A stretch of 64,000 nucleotides of DNA from a virus (IMGVR_UViG_2921473944_000002:32001-96000), one strand, 5' to 3'. Numbered from the stretch's first letter, positions 29,082 to 38,874 are shown. Program-made: numbers and translations. The notes: generated by a model not told the origin, from the sequence alone.

Positions 29082-29753
29082 ATGGATTTAAGTAAATCAT
29101 ATGAATTTTTTCAGCCAGAGAAAGATACAGCAAGAATCCACATCGTAGGATGTGGATCTGTTGGCTCAACAATCGCAGAGAATCTTGCAAGATGCGGAGT
29201 GACCAAAATGACATTGTGGGATTTCGATAAAGTTGAACCTCATAATATCGTAAATCAGATGTTTAATCAGAATGATGTTGGTAAATTCAAGGTAGATGCT
29301 CTGAAGGATATTTTGACAGATATTAATCCAGAGATCGCAGAAAAAATTGAGGTTAAGCCAGAAGGATGGCAGGGAAAATTGATGTCTGGATATATCTTCT
29401 TATGCGTAGACAGTATCGAACTTAGAAGAGAGATTGTTGAAAAGCATATGGATAGTCCGTATGTAAAAGCGGTATTTGATTTTAGAACACTGCTTGAAAG
29501 CGCACAGCATTATGCAGCTGACTGGTCTGATTCCAAAATGAAGGAAGATTTATTGAACTCGATGCAGTTCTCACATGATGAAGCTAAGGATGAGACACCA
29601 ATATCCGCTTGTGGTGTTACACTTGGTGTAGCGACAACAGTAAGATTGATTTCAGCTCTCGGTGTGAACAACTACATCAATTTCGTAAAAGGCGATGGAA
29701 TCAAGAAAATGATTATTATGGACGGGTTCAAATTTGACCTGTTGGCGTTTTAG
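29082..29753 (+). CDS. ThiF/E1-like adenylyltransferase
   Basis: IVGCGSVGS, DFDKVEPHNIVNQ, CVDSIELR, candidate catalytic Cys in SACG. Confidence 0.9.
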   Translation: MDLSKSYEFFQPEKDTARIHIVGCGSVGSTIAENLARCGVTKMTLWDFDKVEPHNIVNQMFNQNDVGKFKVDALKDILTDINPEIAEKIEVKPEGWQGKLMSGYIFLCVDSIELRREIVEKHMDSPYVKAVFDFRTLLESAQHYAADWSDSKMKEDLLNSMQFSHDEAKDETPISACGVTLGVATTVRLISALGVNNYINFVKGDGIKKMIIMDGFKFDLLAF

Positions 29754-29755
29754 CC

Positions 29756-29962
29756 ATGAGGGATAAGCAAAGAATCGACCTATTCTGCGAAATTTTATCG
29801 ACTGCGTGGAAAAGAGTACCAGACATGAGATTCGGTCAGCTAATGTATAACTTCTTTCACGACGAGTATAACTCTGATCCATTTTATATAGAAGATACAG
29901 AACTGATTCGTAGCTTCCAAGCATATGTCGATAAAATCAGCAAAAATATGCATTCAAGATAA
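29756..29962 (+). CDS. Small hypothetical protein (DUF1040/YihD-like)
   Basis: RID...W...PDMRFGQL...FYIED pattern. Confidence 0.55.
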   Translation: MRDKQRIDLFCEILSTAWKRVPDMRFGQLMYNFFHDEYNSDPFYIEDTELIRSFQAYVDKISKNMHSR

Positions 29963-29964
29963 AT

Positions 29965-29991
29965 AAACCGCCACCAAATGTGGCGGTTTTT
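29965..29991 (+). terminator. Rho-independent terminator
   Basis: AAACCGCCAC-caaat-GTGGCGGTTT-TT. Confidence 0.8.
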
Positions 29992-29994
29992 ATA

Positions 29995-30266
29995 AAGAAC
30001 GTGCAATGATATTTATCTCTTCGAGATAGCTTCTTACTGTTAGTGGAAGTAACAACTTGAGCAGTGGGACAACACCACGGAAATAGAAGGCGGGACATGC
30101 ATCTCCTCCAGAAACATAAATTGGAATAATACATAGAAACCGTCATCTTCAGAAATAAAGAACAAACGTATTGATAATCAACGGATTACAGGTCAGCCAA
30201 ATAAAAGTTGATCAGGAGGAGACTCCGCGGGATACAGTTATACACACATTAGATTGCAAGGTTCTT
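29995..30266 (+). ncRNA. Retron-like msr/msd ncRNA unit 1
   Basis: Terminal IR AAGAAC.TGCAAT/ATTGCA..GTTCTT, G at 30008 after the stem, two short hairpins, 32-nt core; lies immediately 5' of the RT. Confidence 0.8.
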
Positions 30267-30279
30267 GAAAGGAGAAAGT

Positions 30280-31419
30280 ATGTACTATATTACTGTAAAG
30301 CAGCCTCCGTCATACCATCAGATGACATTAGAAGAGTTCCTTTTTGGAGGCAATACGCAAACTAGACTAATAAATGAAAATCTTACAAATACAAGGACAT
30401 ATGAAGTAGAAAATATAAGCGAAAGATTTCTTCAGCTTGTAAATGTTGATAAACTTATCGAAAAACTTATATGGTTCAATGAAAGAACAGATTATCTGAG
30501 AGAAAAGCCTAGACGTGATTGGTATTATGAGTTCCATATACCAAAAAAGAGCGGCGGACTTAGGAAGATTGATGCCCCAGAACCAGAATTAAAAGAGGCG
30601 CTCAGTACTTTAAAAACTATATTTGAAGTAGATTTTCAGGCGCTTTATCACACATCGGCTTTTGCTTACATTCACAAAAGATGCATTATAGACCTGCTGA
30701 AAAGACATCAGGCGAATGAAAGCAAGTGGTTTGAAAAATTAGATTTATCAAACTTTTTTGGCAGTACAACGATGGAATGGGTATTACAAATGTTTTCAAT
30801 GGTATTTCCTTTTTCAGAAGTGCTCAAAGACGAAAGAGGTAGGGCAGAATTCGCAAAGGCTATTGAACTTGGATTTTTGGACGGCGGTTTGCCACAAGGG
30901 ACGCCGTTATCTCCAATAATCACTAATATTATGATGATTCCGGTTGATTTCGAGATAGCAAGAACATTAAGAGAGTATAATCATCAGAGGTTTGTATATA
31001 CAAGATATGCTGATGATTTTCAGATTTCATCTAAATATAGTTTTAGCTTCACAGAAATACAAAATGTAATTGTGTCCATCTTAAAGAATTTCAAAGCTCC
31101 ATTTACAATAAACAGTACAAAAACAAGATATGGTTCTTCGGCAGGGCAGAATTGGAATCTTGGTCTTATGTTGAATAAAGATAATGAAATTACAGTAGGG
31201 CATAAGAAAAAAAGACAATTTCAAGCAATGCTTTCTTCGTATGTTATGGATAGGAAGAATGGAATTGCTTGGGATAAGAGTGACATTCAAACAATGGAAG
31301 GATATCGAAACTACTATCGAATGGTTGAACGAGAGAAGATTGATGGAATCGTAAAACATTTAAGTGATAAGTTCGGAGTAGATATCGTAAAGGCAATTAA
31401 AGAAGACCTTGCGGCTTAG
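30280..31419 (+). CDS. Retron-like reverse transcriptase
   Basis: IPKKSGGLRKIDAP, SAFAY, KLDLSNFF, LPQGTPLSP, YTRYADD; ~379 aa with no extra domain. Confidence 0.92.
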   Translation: MYYITVKQPPSYHQMTLEEFLFGGNTQTRLINENLTNTRTYEVENISERFLQLVNVDKLIEKLIWFNERTDYLREKPRRDWYYEFHIPKKSGGLRKIDAPEPELKEALSTLKTIFEVDFQALYHTSAFAYIHKRCIIDLLKRHQANESKWFEKLDLSNFFGSTTMEWVLQMFSMVFPFSEVLKDERGRAEFAKAIELGFLDGGLPQGTPLSPIITNIMMIPVDFEIARTLREYNHQRFVYTRYADDFQISSKYSFSFTEIQNVIVSILKNFKAPFTINSTKTRYGSSAGQNWNLGLMLNKDNEITVGHKKKRQFQAMLSSYVMDRKNGIAWDKSDIQTMEGYRNYYRMVEREKIDGIVKHLSDKFGVDIVKAIKEDLAA

Positions 31420-31463
31420 GCTGTATGGTCTTCTAATAAATTGACCAAATAATTAAAATAAAA

Positions 31464-31724
31464 TCTATGCAATGAAATTACTGTTTTACAGTGCTTCTTA
31501 CTGTTAGTGGAAGTAACAACTTGAGAAGGAGAAGAACAGGGAACCAAGCAGACGACGCAGCGTGCAGTCCAGGATCCATCGCTTCCCAAAACCATAACGA
31601 TAAAATCGGGTAGAACCATCCATTGATAATCAATATAAATTCGCCCAGAATTAGGAGACCTAACTACCAGAAGGACGATCACCCGAATGAGAAATCAAAG
31701 CCCACACACACCAGATTGCATAGA
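31464..31724 (+). ncRNA. Retron-like msr/msd ncRNA unit 2
   Basis: Perfect 10-bp IR TCTATGCAAT/ATTGCATAGA; identical 32-nt core at 31493-31524. Confidence 0.8.
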
Positions 31725-31725
31725 G

Positions 31726-32007
31726 ATGTACAATGAAATTATATCCTTTGGATATGCTTCTAGCCGTCGGCGGAAGTGACAACTTGATAAGGAGATGGAT
31801 GACAGAAGACCACGAGCTCTGGAGCCAGAAAACGGGAAACCAGATCCAAAACATACGACTAACACATCAGGAACTAATTGTCAATAGCATAAGCAATTGG
31901 AAATCAATGAAATCTCGTAAACAACAGAGCTAAAGCACACATCTCGGATCTTCAGAGCTCAGCTGCAGCTTAAAGAAGACATCACCATTACATATTAGAT
32001 TGTACAT
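31726..32007 (+). ncRNA. Retron-like msr/msd ncRNA unit 3
   Basis: Perfect 9-bp IR ATGTACAAT/ATTGTACAT; core 25/32 identical with compensatory changes; followed by a T-run. Confidence 0.78.
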
Positions 32008-32043
32008 TGTTTTTTTTGAATAAATAATATTAAGGAGGAAGTT

Positions 32044-32502
32044 ATGTACATCAACACAAGTATTAACGCAATTAAAATTCCAAGAAAATTTAGTAATTCT
32101 ACTCCAAATGAAGATAAGATGGAGTCTTGCAGAAGATTCTATAAAGCTAACGGTATACTAGATAGAAATATCGTTGTAGATGAAAATATGGAATTAAAAG
32201 ATGGATATATTGGCTATCTAGTTTTGAAAGAGAGTAATGCATCGGTAGTAGGAGTTGACCAAAGAACAACAGAAAAGACAGTTATCGTATACGGTGTTCA
32301 TCCTGGTGTAGCCAAGGAATACTGCTGGAAAGTTGTCGAAGAAACGGAAGATAAGCAAAATCTTAGAGTCGGAGCACATGCGGTAGTAAGGACAAGATTC
32401 GGTGATACTGAAATTCTCATTACGAGAATCGAGCATATAACGAAAAGAAAGAAGAGACAAATGGGACATGTAAAAAGAGTTGTAAGATGCCTGATGGAGT
32501 AG
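32044..32502 (+). CDS. Hypothetical protein
   Basis: 152 aa, AGGAGG RBS. Confidence 0.65.
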   Translation: MYINTSINAIKIPRKFSNSTPNEDKMESCRRFYKANGILDRNIVVDENMELKDGYIGYLVLKESNASVVGVDQRTTEKTVIVYGVHPGVAKEYCWKVVEETEDKQNLRVGAHAVVRTRFGDTEILITRIEHITKRKKRQMGHVKRVVRCLME

Positions 32503-32649
32503 CTATATGAGATGTGTTTATTTAGAAAAGAAAGAAATACTTTCAAAGGAAGATATGCGTATTCATACGGCTAATATCTGCAGAAATAAAAAATCTGAAA
32601 AATACAAAATGTTTAGCATTGACAAAATGCTAAAGAAGTGGAGGGATAA

Positions 32650-33183
32650 ATGAATTACTACATATCAGATACTCATTTCGGTCATAAGAATATAATTCGG
32701 TATGACAATAGACCATTTGATTCAGCGGAAGAAATGGATGAAGCGATGATTCAATTATGGAATGAGACGGTTAACGATACTGATGCTGTATACATTCTTG
32801 GAGATTTTAGCTGGTATAAAGAGGATAAAACAGCATCAATATTAGGAAAACTTAAAGGTCATAAAATACTTATTAAAGGGAATCATGACCGTGTGTCTAG
32901 CAAGGTAGCAAGATATTTTGACAGAGTTTGCGATTATGCAGAAGTCAAAGATAACGGTAGAAAAGTTATTATGTCGCACTATCCAATGCCGTTCTGGAAT
33001 GGTCAACATAGAGATACGGTACACTTGTATGGTCATGTACATAATTCAAGTCAATATAATTACTGTCTTAGCATAGAAAAAGAACTAAGACAGTTACAGG
33101 ATATACCAATGAGAATGTTCAATGTTGGGTGTATGATGAAATACATGAATTATATACCTAGAACATTGGATGAAATTTTATAG
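32650..33183 (+). CDS. Calcineurin-like phosphoesterase (last ~10 codons displaced by the IS)
   Basis: SDTHFGH, LGDF, GNHD, HYP, YGHVH. Confidence 0.85.
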   Translation: MNYYISDTHFGHKNIIRYDNRPFDSAEEMDEAMIQLWNETVNDTDAVYILGDFSWYKEDKTASILGKLKGHKILIKGNHDRVSSKVARYFDRVCDYAEVKDNGRKVIMSHYPMPFWNGQHRDTVHLYGHVHNSSQYNYCLSIEKELRQLQDIPMRMFNVGCMMKYMNYIPRTLDEIL

Positions 33184-34737
33184 AGATGAGCAAAACACAT
33201 TGATCCAAAAGTAGAACTTGGCAGTTAGCTCCCATAAAGTTTGAGGTTGCGATTTTATGGCATAGCAAAGCTAACGTAAGTCCAAAACTTACGAAATCAT
33301 AAGACTATGAGAATTTTTTAATCAAGCAATTCGTTTTATTGTTTTTAGTTTGCGATAAGACTGACCAGAATGGCTAGTGATTGCGGCAACGGCAACTGCT
33401 AGTAAACTGATATGGGCAAGTGTGTTTAAGTTTGTAACAGATGCTTTATTTCTCACCCACATCCGCTCCTGACCAGTATTTTTAAAACGCGAATTATAGC
33501 GTTCACATTCTGTGCGGAGTGAATAATTACTTTCAAAATATTTGCTGTCCCTATCAATGGAAAGTCTTAAATCATCAGGAATGGTGAGATATTTCGTACA
33601 GCCACGATGCTTTTTACCATTATAGAAATTTTTGTGGTGGCATGGGCAAACGGTATCTTTACTTGATTTTAGAGGACAACAAAACTTTTGACGGGTACGA
33701 CCACAATCGGAAAACTTACCATCCTTCCACATGGCAAGCCCTGCTTCGCAAATGGGATTCCCTTGAGGAAGAAGTTTCGGATTTTTGGAATTACGTTTGT
33801 TTAATGGAATGATACATTCTCCATTGTAAAGATCCTTAACCTGATTGTAGATATTTTTGACATCGTAACCTTTGTCGGCAAGGAATGTGCAGTCCGTTAT
33901 TGGTTGAAAGGAATGGGTAGCAGCAAGGATATCTAAAGCGATGGTAGCATCATGAACTTCCGCGGTTGTGGTCATTTCATAAATAGGAAGACCTGAAATA
34001 CAGTCTACAAGGACATGATTTTTATAGCCCCAATAGAATTCATATTTTTTCTCGTTCGTTTGATTGGATGCAGTGTGGACGCCGAGTTTACAATCCGAAT
34101 CTGCCCTTGGTTGATTTCCGGGTTTAAACTTATTTGAGAGAAAAGATTTCGGATTATTCTGTGAAGTATTTGCAGAGACAGGGGTTGAATCTAAGCCAAT
34201 AAAAGAAGTGTCTACAATACCTTCTTTAGAAAGGAATAACACCTGAGTTTTCATGATTTCAGAGAGAACTTTGTTATCGAAATTTTTCAGGAAGCGATCA
34301 AAGGTCCAATAAGAAGGAAGTGGACGAGAAATATCAAAGCCACAAAAATGCGCAATCAGAAGATTATTGTGAAGATAATCGACAAGATCGGAAATCATGG
34401 AGAAGCCTTCGCATTTCATGACAATAAAGGAACAAATCATAGCGTGATTTGAAAAGCCTTTCCTTCCTGTCTTGGGGAATTCCGGAACAAAGGATAAATC
34501 AAGATTCAAAAAAAGAGAATCATAAAACTTTGCAACTGGTTGTGAAGTGAAAAGACGAATGTCTTTCAAAATTTCTTGACGATAGATAACAATCAGCTCC
34601 TTTCGGTGAATTGATTTTGACAACTTAATTATACCATTTGGAGTTGATTGTTACTATAAATTTGGAGTGATAAAAGAGGTTGCCATGCCTCGCAAACCCG
34701 CATAAATACTGAATGTGTGGAGTTTTGCTCATGGCTA
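33181..34737 (-). mobile_element. IS element (IS4/IS5-superfamily DDE), 1557 bp
   Basis: Terminal IRs TAGAGATGAGCAAAAC / GTTTTGCTCATGGCTA (14/16); target duplication TGAAATTTTA at 33171-33180 and 34738-34747. Confidence 0.9.
33322..34623 (-). CDS. DDE transposase
   Basis: LDSTP, ADKGYD, Y-2-R-3-E-6-K (YSLRTECERYNSRFK). Confidence 0.9.
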   Translation of the reverse strand: MSKSIHRKELIVIYRQEILKDIRLFTSQPVAKFYDSLFLNLDLSFVPEFPKTGRKGFSNHAMICSFIVMKCEGFSMISDLVDYLHNNLLIAHFCGFDISRPLPSYWTFDRFLKNFDNKVLSEIMKTQVLFLSKEGIVDTSFIGLDSTPVSANTSQNNPKSFLSNKFKPGNQPRADSDCKLGVHTASNQTNEKKYEFYWGYKNHVLVDCISGLPIYEMTTTAEVHDATIALDILAATHSFQPITDCTFLADKGYDVKNIYNQVKDLYNGECIIPLNKRNSKNPKLLPQGNPICEAGLAMWKDGKFSDCGRTRQKFCCPLKSSKDTVCPCHHKNFYNGKKHRGCTKYLTIPDDLRLSIDRDSKYFESNYSLRTECERYNSRFKNTGQERMWVRNKASVTNLNTLAHISLLAVAVAAITSHSGQSYRKLKTIKRIA

Positions 34738-34766
34738 TGAAATTTTATCTAATGGAGGTGACATAG

Positions 34767-35087
34767 ATGGACAGAAGTAGTTTTAATCCACAAGTGGGAG
34801 ATGACGTGAGAATTAGATCGTGGGATGATATGGTCTCTGAATTTGGATTAGATGACGACGGGAATATACCGTGTAGATTTTCTTTTGTAGGATATATGAG
34901 GGATATGTGTGGTCGGGAATTTACTATCACAAATATAAGTGATGGAAGATATATAGGATATCCAGAAGGAGAGGTATCTATATCCATTGATATGATTGAG
35001 CCGGTACCAGATGATGAAGTTGCTGCTGAGGAATTAGACGGTTTTTTAAGTGAAATCAAAATTATCAAGATGGAGGATATGTCATGA
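34767..35087 (+). CDS. Hypothetical protein
   Basis: GGAGG RBS. Confidence 0.6.
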   Translation: MDRSSFNPQVGDDVRIRSWDDMVSEFGLDDDGNIPCRFSFVGYMRDMCGREFTITNISDGRYIGYPEGEVSISIDMIEPVPDDEVAAEELDGFLSEIKIIKMEDMS

Positions 35088-35491
35088 AACTTATAGTAAT
35101 CACTGGTCAAGAAGGTGCTGATGCGGATAGTTTACTCAGACAGGTTATTGCTGATAATGGGTATTCGTATAGCGAAGCTCCAAGAATGGTTTTTCCAGAA
35201 AGATCTAATTTGCTTTACCATCCGAGAAGTCTTTACAACAATGTAAGGAAGGTTGTTAGAGACCATATTGATAATGATGAGGATTTGTTTGTGGTAACAT
35301 TTTCTGACTATACGATGTATGGCGTGAGAGCAGAGATAAGACAAGCCGGTTTCGAAGGGGCTATGTTATATCAGGCAGAGTCAGGCGGAGGTTTTGTGAT
35401 ATCTGAGATAGATAGTAATGGAAAATGTAGATATATTAACGGAGTGTTTGATGTTTTGAGAGACGCGCTCAACGAAGTACTTGGATGGTAA
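35084..35491 (+). CDS. Hypothetical protein
   Basis: Coupled ORF with RBS. Confidence 0.6.
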   Translation: MKLIVITGQEGADADSLLRQVIADNGYSYSEAPRMVFPERSNLLYHPRSLYNNVRKVVRDHIDNDEDLFVVTFSDYTMYGVRAEIRQAGFEGAMLYQAESGGGFVISEIDSNGKCRYINGVFDVLRDALNEVLGW

Positions 35492-35521
35492 AAAGATATT
35501 ATTGCATATAATGCATTAGTA

Positions 35522-35771
35522 TACTCACAATGAAAATGGATTGTTTCTTAGCGAAAGTAAAAATACGATAGTAATACATAATAACAATCACTCCTGCTGT
35601 TAGCGAGAGTTCGACAATGGTTCTTGCATCTCAGAATTTGATCAGTCTTAAAAAAGACTATTAACTGCGTTAATATTCAATTTTAAGACTAGATAAAATT
35701 ACTTCGATGGCATGGCTTAGCATATGCTAATCAAAGCGCACCACATTGATTACGCATACGGATTGTGAGTA
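35522..35771 (+). ncRNA. Divergent retron-like ncRNA unit 5
   Basis: Perfect 10-bp IR TACTCACAAT/ATTGTGAGTA with CAAT-GA and G-ATTG junctions; hairpin ACTC-ct-GCT-gtt-AGC-ga-GAGT; 250 nt. Confidence 0.6.
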
Positions 35772-35790
35772 AATATAAGGAGGATTTTGA

Positions 35791-36930
35791 ATGAAAGCAA
35801 TTAATTTAGGAGATAACACATACAGCATTTTTAGTGATGCGATGAGAGTATATGAGAAACTTCCGGCGCAAGTATATGTTGTAAGGTTTTCAGAAACACG
35901 AGGATTCTTTTTGGAAAAATACAATGATATGAATATAAAGGAATCGAGAGTTTATGGTATTCATGAGGAAAAAGTGAACAAAGTATTGAGTATGTTTGAG
36001 AATCAAGATCGAAATCTTGGAGTAATCTTGAGCGGAGATAAGGGAATTGGTAAATCGCTATTTGCTAAAATGCTTTCGAGCGTTGTTATTCAGAGGGGCA
36101 TTCCAACAATCATAGTAGATAGATACGTGCCGGGAATTGCTTCTTATATAGAAGATATTGAACAGGAAGTAATGGTGCTGTTTGATGAATTTGATAAGAC
36201 ATTTGGTGAGGTGAAGTCAAAAGACGGAGAAGCTTCTCCGCAAGCGAATCTGCTGTCGTTATTCGACGGGTTATCATCAGGAAAAAAGTTGTTTGTAGTG
36301 ACATGTAATGAACTACGAAAATTGAATGAATATCTTATCAATAGACCCGGCAGATTCCATTATCATTTCCGATTTGAATATCCGTCAGCGACTGAAATTC
36401 GTGAATATCTGCAGGATAAGCTTGATGAGGAATATTACGAAGAGATAAATGCAGTCGTGTCATTCTCAAATAAGGTTAGATTGAATTACGATTGTTTAAG
36501 ATCAATTGCGACTGAATTAAATACAGGGATTCCATTTTCAGAAGCAATTAAGGATCTCAATATTATAAATACAGAACTGCAAATGTATAATATTGCACTT
36601 AGATTCAATAATGGTGTAGTGTTTAGAGCACAGAATATAAGTATGGATATGTTCGGAGATGACGAAGACAAAACAGTCTATATGTATGATAAACGCGGAA
36701 GAAATGTCGTTGATATCACATTTAAACCATGTGATGCTATTTACGACACGATGAAATTTGCTCATGTAATTATTCCTGAGAATCTTAAAGTTGAGTATTA
36801 CTTTAAAGATGGAGACGATAAATACGACTATGAGGACGATAAAGCAATGGAAGAAGCAATCCGCGAGGCTGGTGTAGAATGCGTAGTGATTAATCGTAGG
36901 GATTCGAGAGGTATTCATTATAATGTATAA
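35791..36930 (+). CDS. AAA+ ATPase
   Basis: GDKGIGKS, LFDEFDK, TCN, NRPGRF. Confidence 0.85.
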   Translation: MKAINLGDNTYSIFSDAMRVYEKLPAQVYVVRFSETRGFFLEKYNDMNIKESRVYGIHEEKVNKVLSMFENQDRNLGVILSGDKGIGKSLFAKMLSSVVIQRGIPTIIVDRYVPGIASYIEDIEQEVMVLFDEFDKTFGEVKSKDGEASPQANLLSLFDGLSSGKKLFVVTCNELRKLNEYLINRPGRFHYHFRFEYPSATEIREYLQDKLDEEYYEEINAVVSFSNKVRLNYDCLRSIATELNTGIPFSEAIKDLNIINTELQMYNIALRFNNGVVFRAQNISMDMFGDDEDKTVYMYDKRGRNVVDITFKPCDAIYDTMKFAHVIIPENLKVEYYFKDGDDKYDYEDDKAMEEAIREAGVECVVINRRDSRGIHYNV

Positions 36931-36944
36931 ATGGTGGAAAGTAT

Positions 36945-38231
36945 ATGAGTTATAAAGATATATATAAATTACAATCTATTAGCGGAGCGAAAGCAAAATG
37001 TGATTTTATCAAAAGTCATGATGAAGATACATATTTTAAAAGGTTCCTATATTTTGCACTTAATCCGCTAATTACATACAACATATCGAAAAAATCATTA
37101 GATAAGCTGATGTTTGGCAATAATGCTGACGGTCAAAAGCTTATCTTTTTTAATGATATTTTTGAATGTTGTGAGTATCTGTCAAGACTAAGGAGTATGG
37201 ATGATGCAACTTTGAGGCAGATAAAAACGCTTTTAGATATGAAGTATTCGGATCAGGAAGAAAAAGAGCTGTATATGCAACTCTTATCTAAGACGGTTCG
37301 ACTCGGAATTACAGGAAAGACAATCAATAAGATTATTCCGAATCTTATTCCAGAGTGGGAAGTGCAACAGGCGTACCCAGTTGACAAATATCCGTTAAAA
37401 GTTGGAGCAGAGTTTTGGCTGACACAAAAACTTAACGGGGCGAGAGCAACCTTATATGAGGGGCAATTGCTTGCAAGAAGCGGTATGCCATACAAAGGGT
37501 TAGAGCATATTACGGATGCTCTCTCGTGGCTGAGGGTCGCCGGATTTGTTGCAGACGGAGAATTGACACTCAAGGATAAAGGAAGTCTGAGTGATAATGA
37601 AGCATTTAGAGTTGCAACAGGTGTTTTGAATTCAGATAGTGTTAATAAAACGGTGATTTGCTACACGATTTTTGACATGATTCCAATCAAAGATTTCGAT
37701 TCACCTACGCCACAGACTACATATCGCTATCGTAGAGAGATTCTAAATCAGTTTGCACAGAGAATCGGTGATACGGACGGCGCGGTTAAAGTTCTGCCTG
37801 TCCTGTACCACGGAACCGATCAATCCAAAATTGACGAACTTCTGGAACAGATGGTTCGTGAGGATAAAGAAGGGTTAATGATCAATACGGATGTTCCGTA
37901 TAGAAGGACACGACATAAAGGCATTCTCAAAGTGAAAAGATTCTATACTATGGATTTACCGATTATCAGATGCGAGGAAGGAACTGGAAGGCTTGATGGG
38001 ACACTCGGGGCTTTTGTCCTGAAATACAAGGGCAATGAAGTCAGGGTTGGTTCTGGATTTACTGACGAACAGAGAGAGCATTTCTGGAAAAATAAAGAAA
38101 ATCTGACAGGGGTGCTTTGTGAAGTAAAATATAAAGAGATTTCACAGGACAAGGGAACTGGGCTTGAGAGCTTACAATTCCCTGTTTTTATGGGATTGAG
38201 AACAGACAAAACAGAAGTAAGTTACGGGTAG
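36945..38231 (+). CDS. ATP-dependent DNA ligase
   Basis: KLNGAR, ADGEL, IFD, EGLM, LKVK, VGSGF, SLQFPVF. Confidence 0.9.
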   Translation: MSYKDIYKLQSISGAKAKCDFIKSHDEDTYFKRFLYFALNPLITYNISKKSLDKLMFGNNADGQKLIFFNDIFECCEYLSRLRSMDDATLRQIKTLLDMKYSDQEEKELYMQLLSKTVRLGITGKTINKIIPNLIPEWEVQQAYPVDKYPLKVGAEFWLTQKLNGARATLYEGQLLARSGMPYKGLEHITDALSWLRVAGFVADGELTLKDKGSLSDNEAFRVATGVLNSDSVNKTVICYTIFDMIPIKDFDSPTPQTTYRYRREILNQFAQRIGDTDGAVKVLPVLYHGTDQSKIDELLEQMVREDKEGLMINTDVPYRRTRHKGILKVKRFYTMDLPIIRCEEGTGRLDGTLGAFVLKYKGNEVRVGSGFTDEQREHFWKNKENLTGVLCEVKYKEISQDKGTGLESLQFPVFMGLRTDKTEVSYG

Positions 38232-38242
38232 CAAGGAGGGTT

Positions 38243-38704
38243 ATGATGTTGTTGCACAAACAGAAATCATTATACTACATGGATATGGAGGATAAAGAAA
38301 AAGATAATTTGAGAGACATGGTTCTTGTTGCAATCAACGAAGTCACAAAGTTCGACCAAGAAAATATGGATGAAGATAGATACGATGTCGGAGTTGATTT
38401 TTCCAATATTTCACCATTTAATCCACATATGATTTCATATGCATTACAGGATTTAGGATACGAGGAAGTTGATTTACGAATAAATGGATGGGAACATGAC
38501 TACTGGCAGAAATTCACACATCCAAACAGTAAGAAGTTTCCACCGATGCAGCTCACGGGAACTAGCTGGATACATAAATGTCAGATACATGGTGTTGAAG
38601 ATGATTATGAGACATATCTGCACCTAGAGAATGATCCGGAATATTCGAATCGTATTAAAAATGGTTTGAAACTGCTTTCAGAGGCTATGAATCGTGCGTC
38701 TTAA
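38243..38704 (+). CDS. Hypothetical protein
   Basis: AGGAGG RBS. Confidence 0.6.
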   Translation: MMLLHKQKSLYYMDMEDKEKDNLRDMVLVAINEVTKFDQENMDEDRYDVGVDFSNISPFNPHMISYALQDLGYEEVDLRINGWEHDYWQKFTHPNSKKFPPMQLTGTSWIHKCQIHGVEDDYETYLHLENDPEYSNRIKNGLKLLSEAMNRAS

Positions 38705-38874
38705 TTTACCAAAACAGAGTGATTATAATCGTAGAATCATAAAAATCAAATCACCAATAGGAGGGAAAGTATACGACATCACAGGAGATGTTACAGAGAA
38801 TCATAAGTGGATTTCGTGGTTGGAATATTCAAATAAACAATTAAAAGAGAAAATTACAAAAGAAAATATCATGT

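Noticed and set aside
29082-29753. ThiF as a thiamine/molybdopterin biosynthesis gene
   Set aside because: No pathway genes are nearby; the context is JAB/E2-like/Ubl. A sulfur-transfer role with the distant cysteine desulfurase cannot be fully excluded
30280-31419. Group II intron RT
   Set aside because: No maturase or endonuclease extension, no recognisable domain V/VI, and no interrupted gene
31441-31464. Promoter for ncRNA units 2-3 (TTGACC...TAAAAT)
   Set aside because: Spacing is only ~12 bp, incompatible with sigma-A
30171-31933. Short ORFs 30171-30365, 31416-31682, 31660-31854 and 31733-31933
   Set aside because: They overlap the ncRNA units, lack RBSs and are not conserved between units
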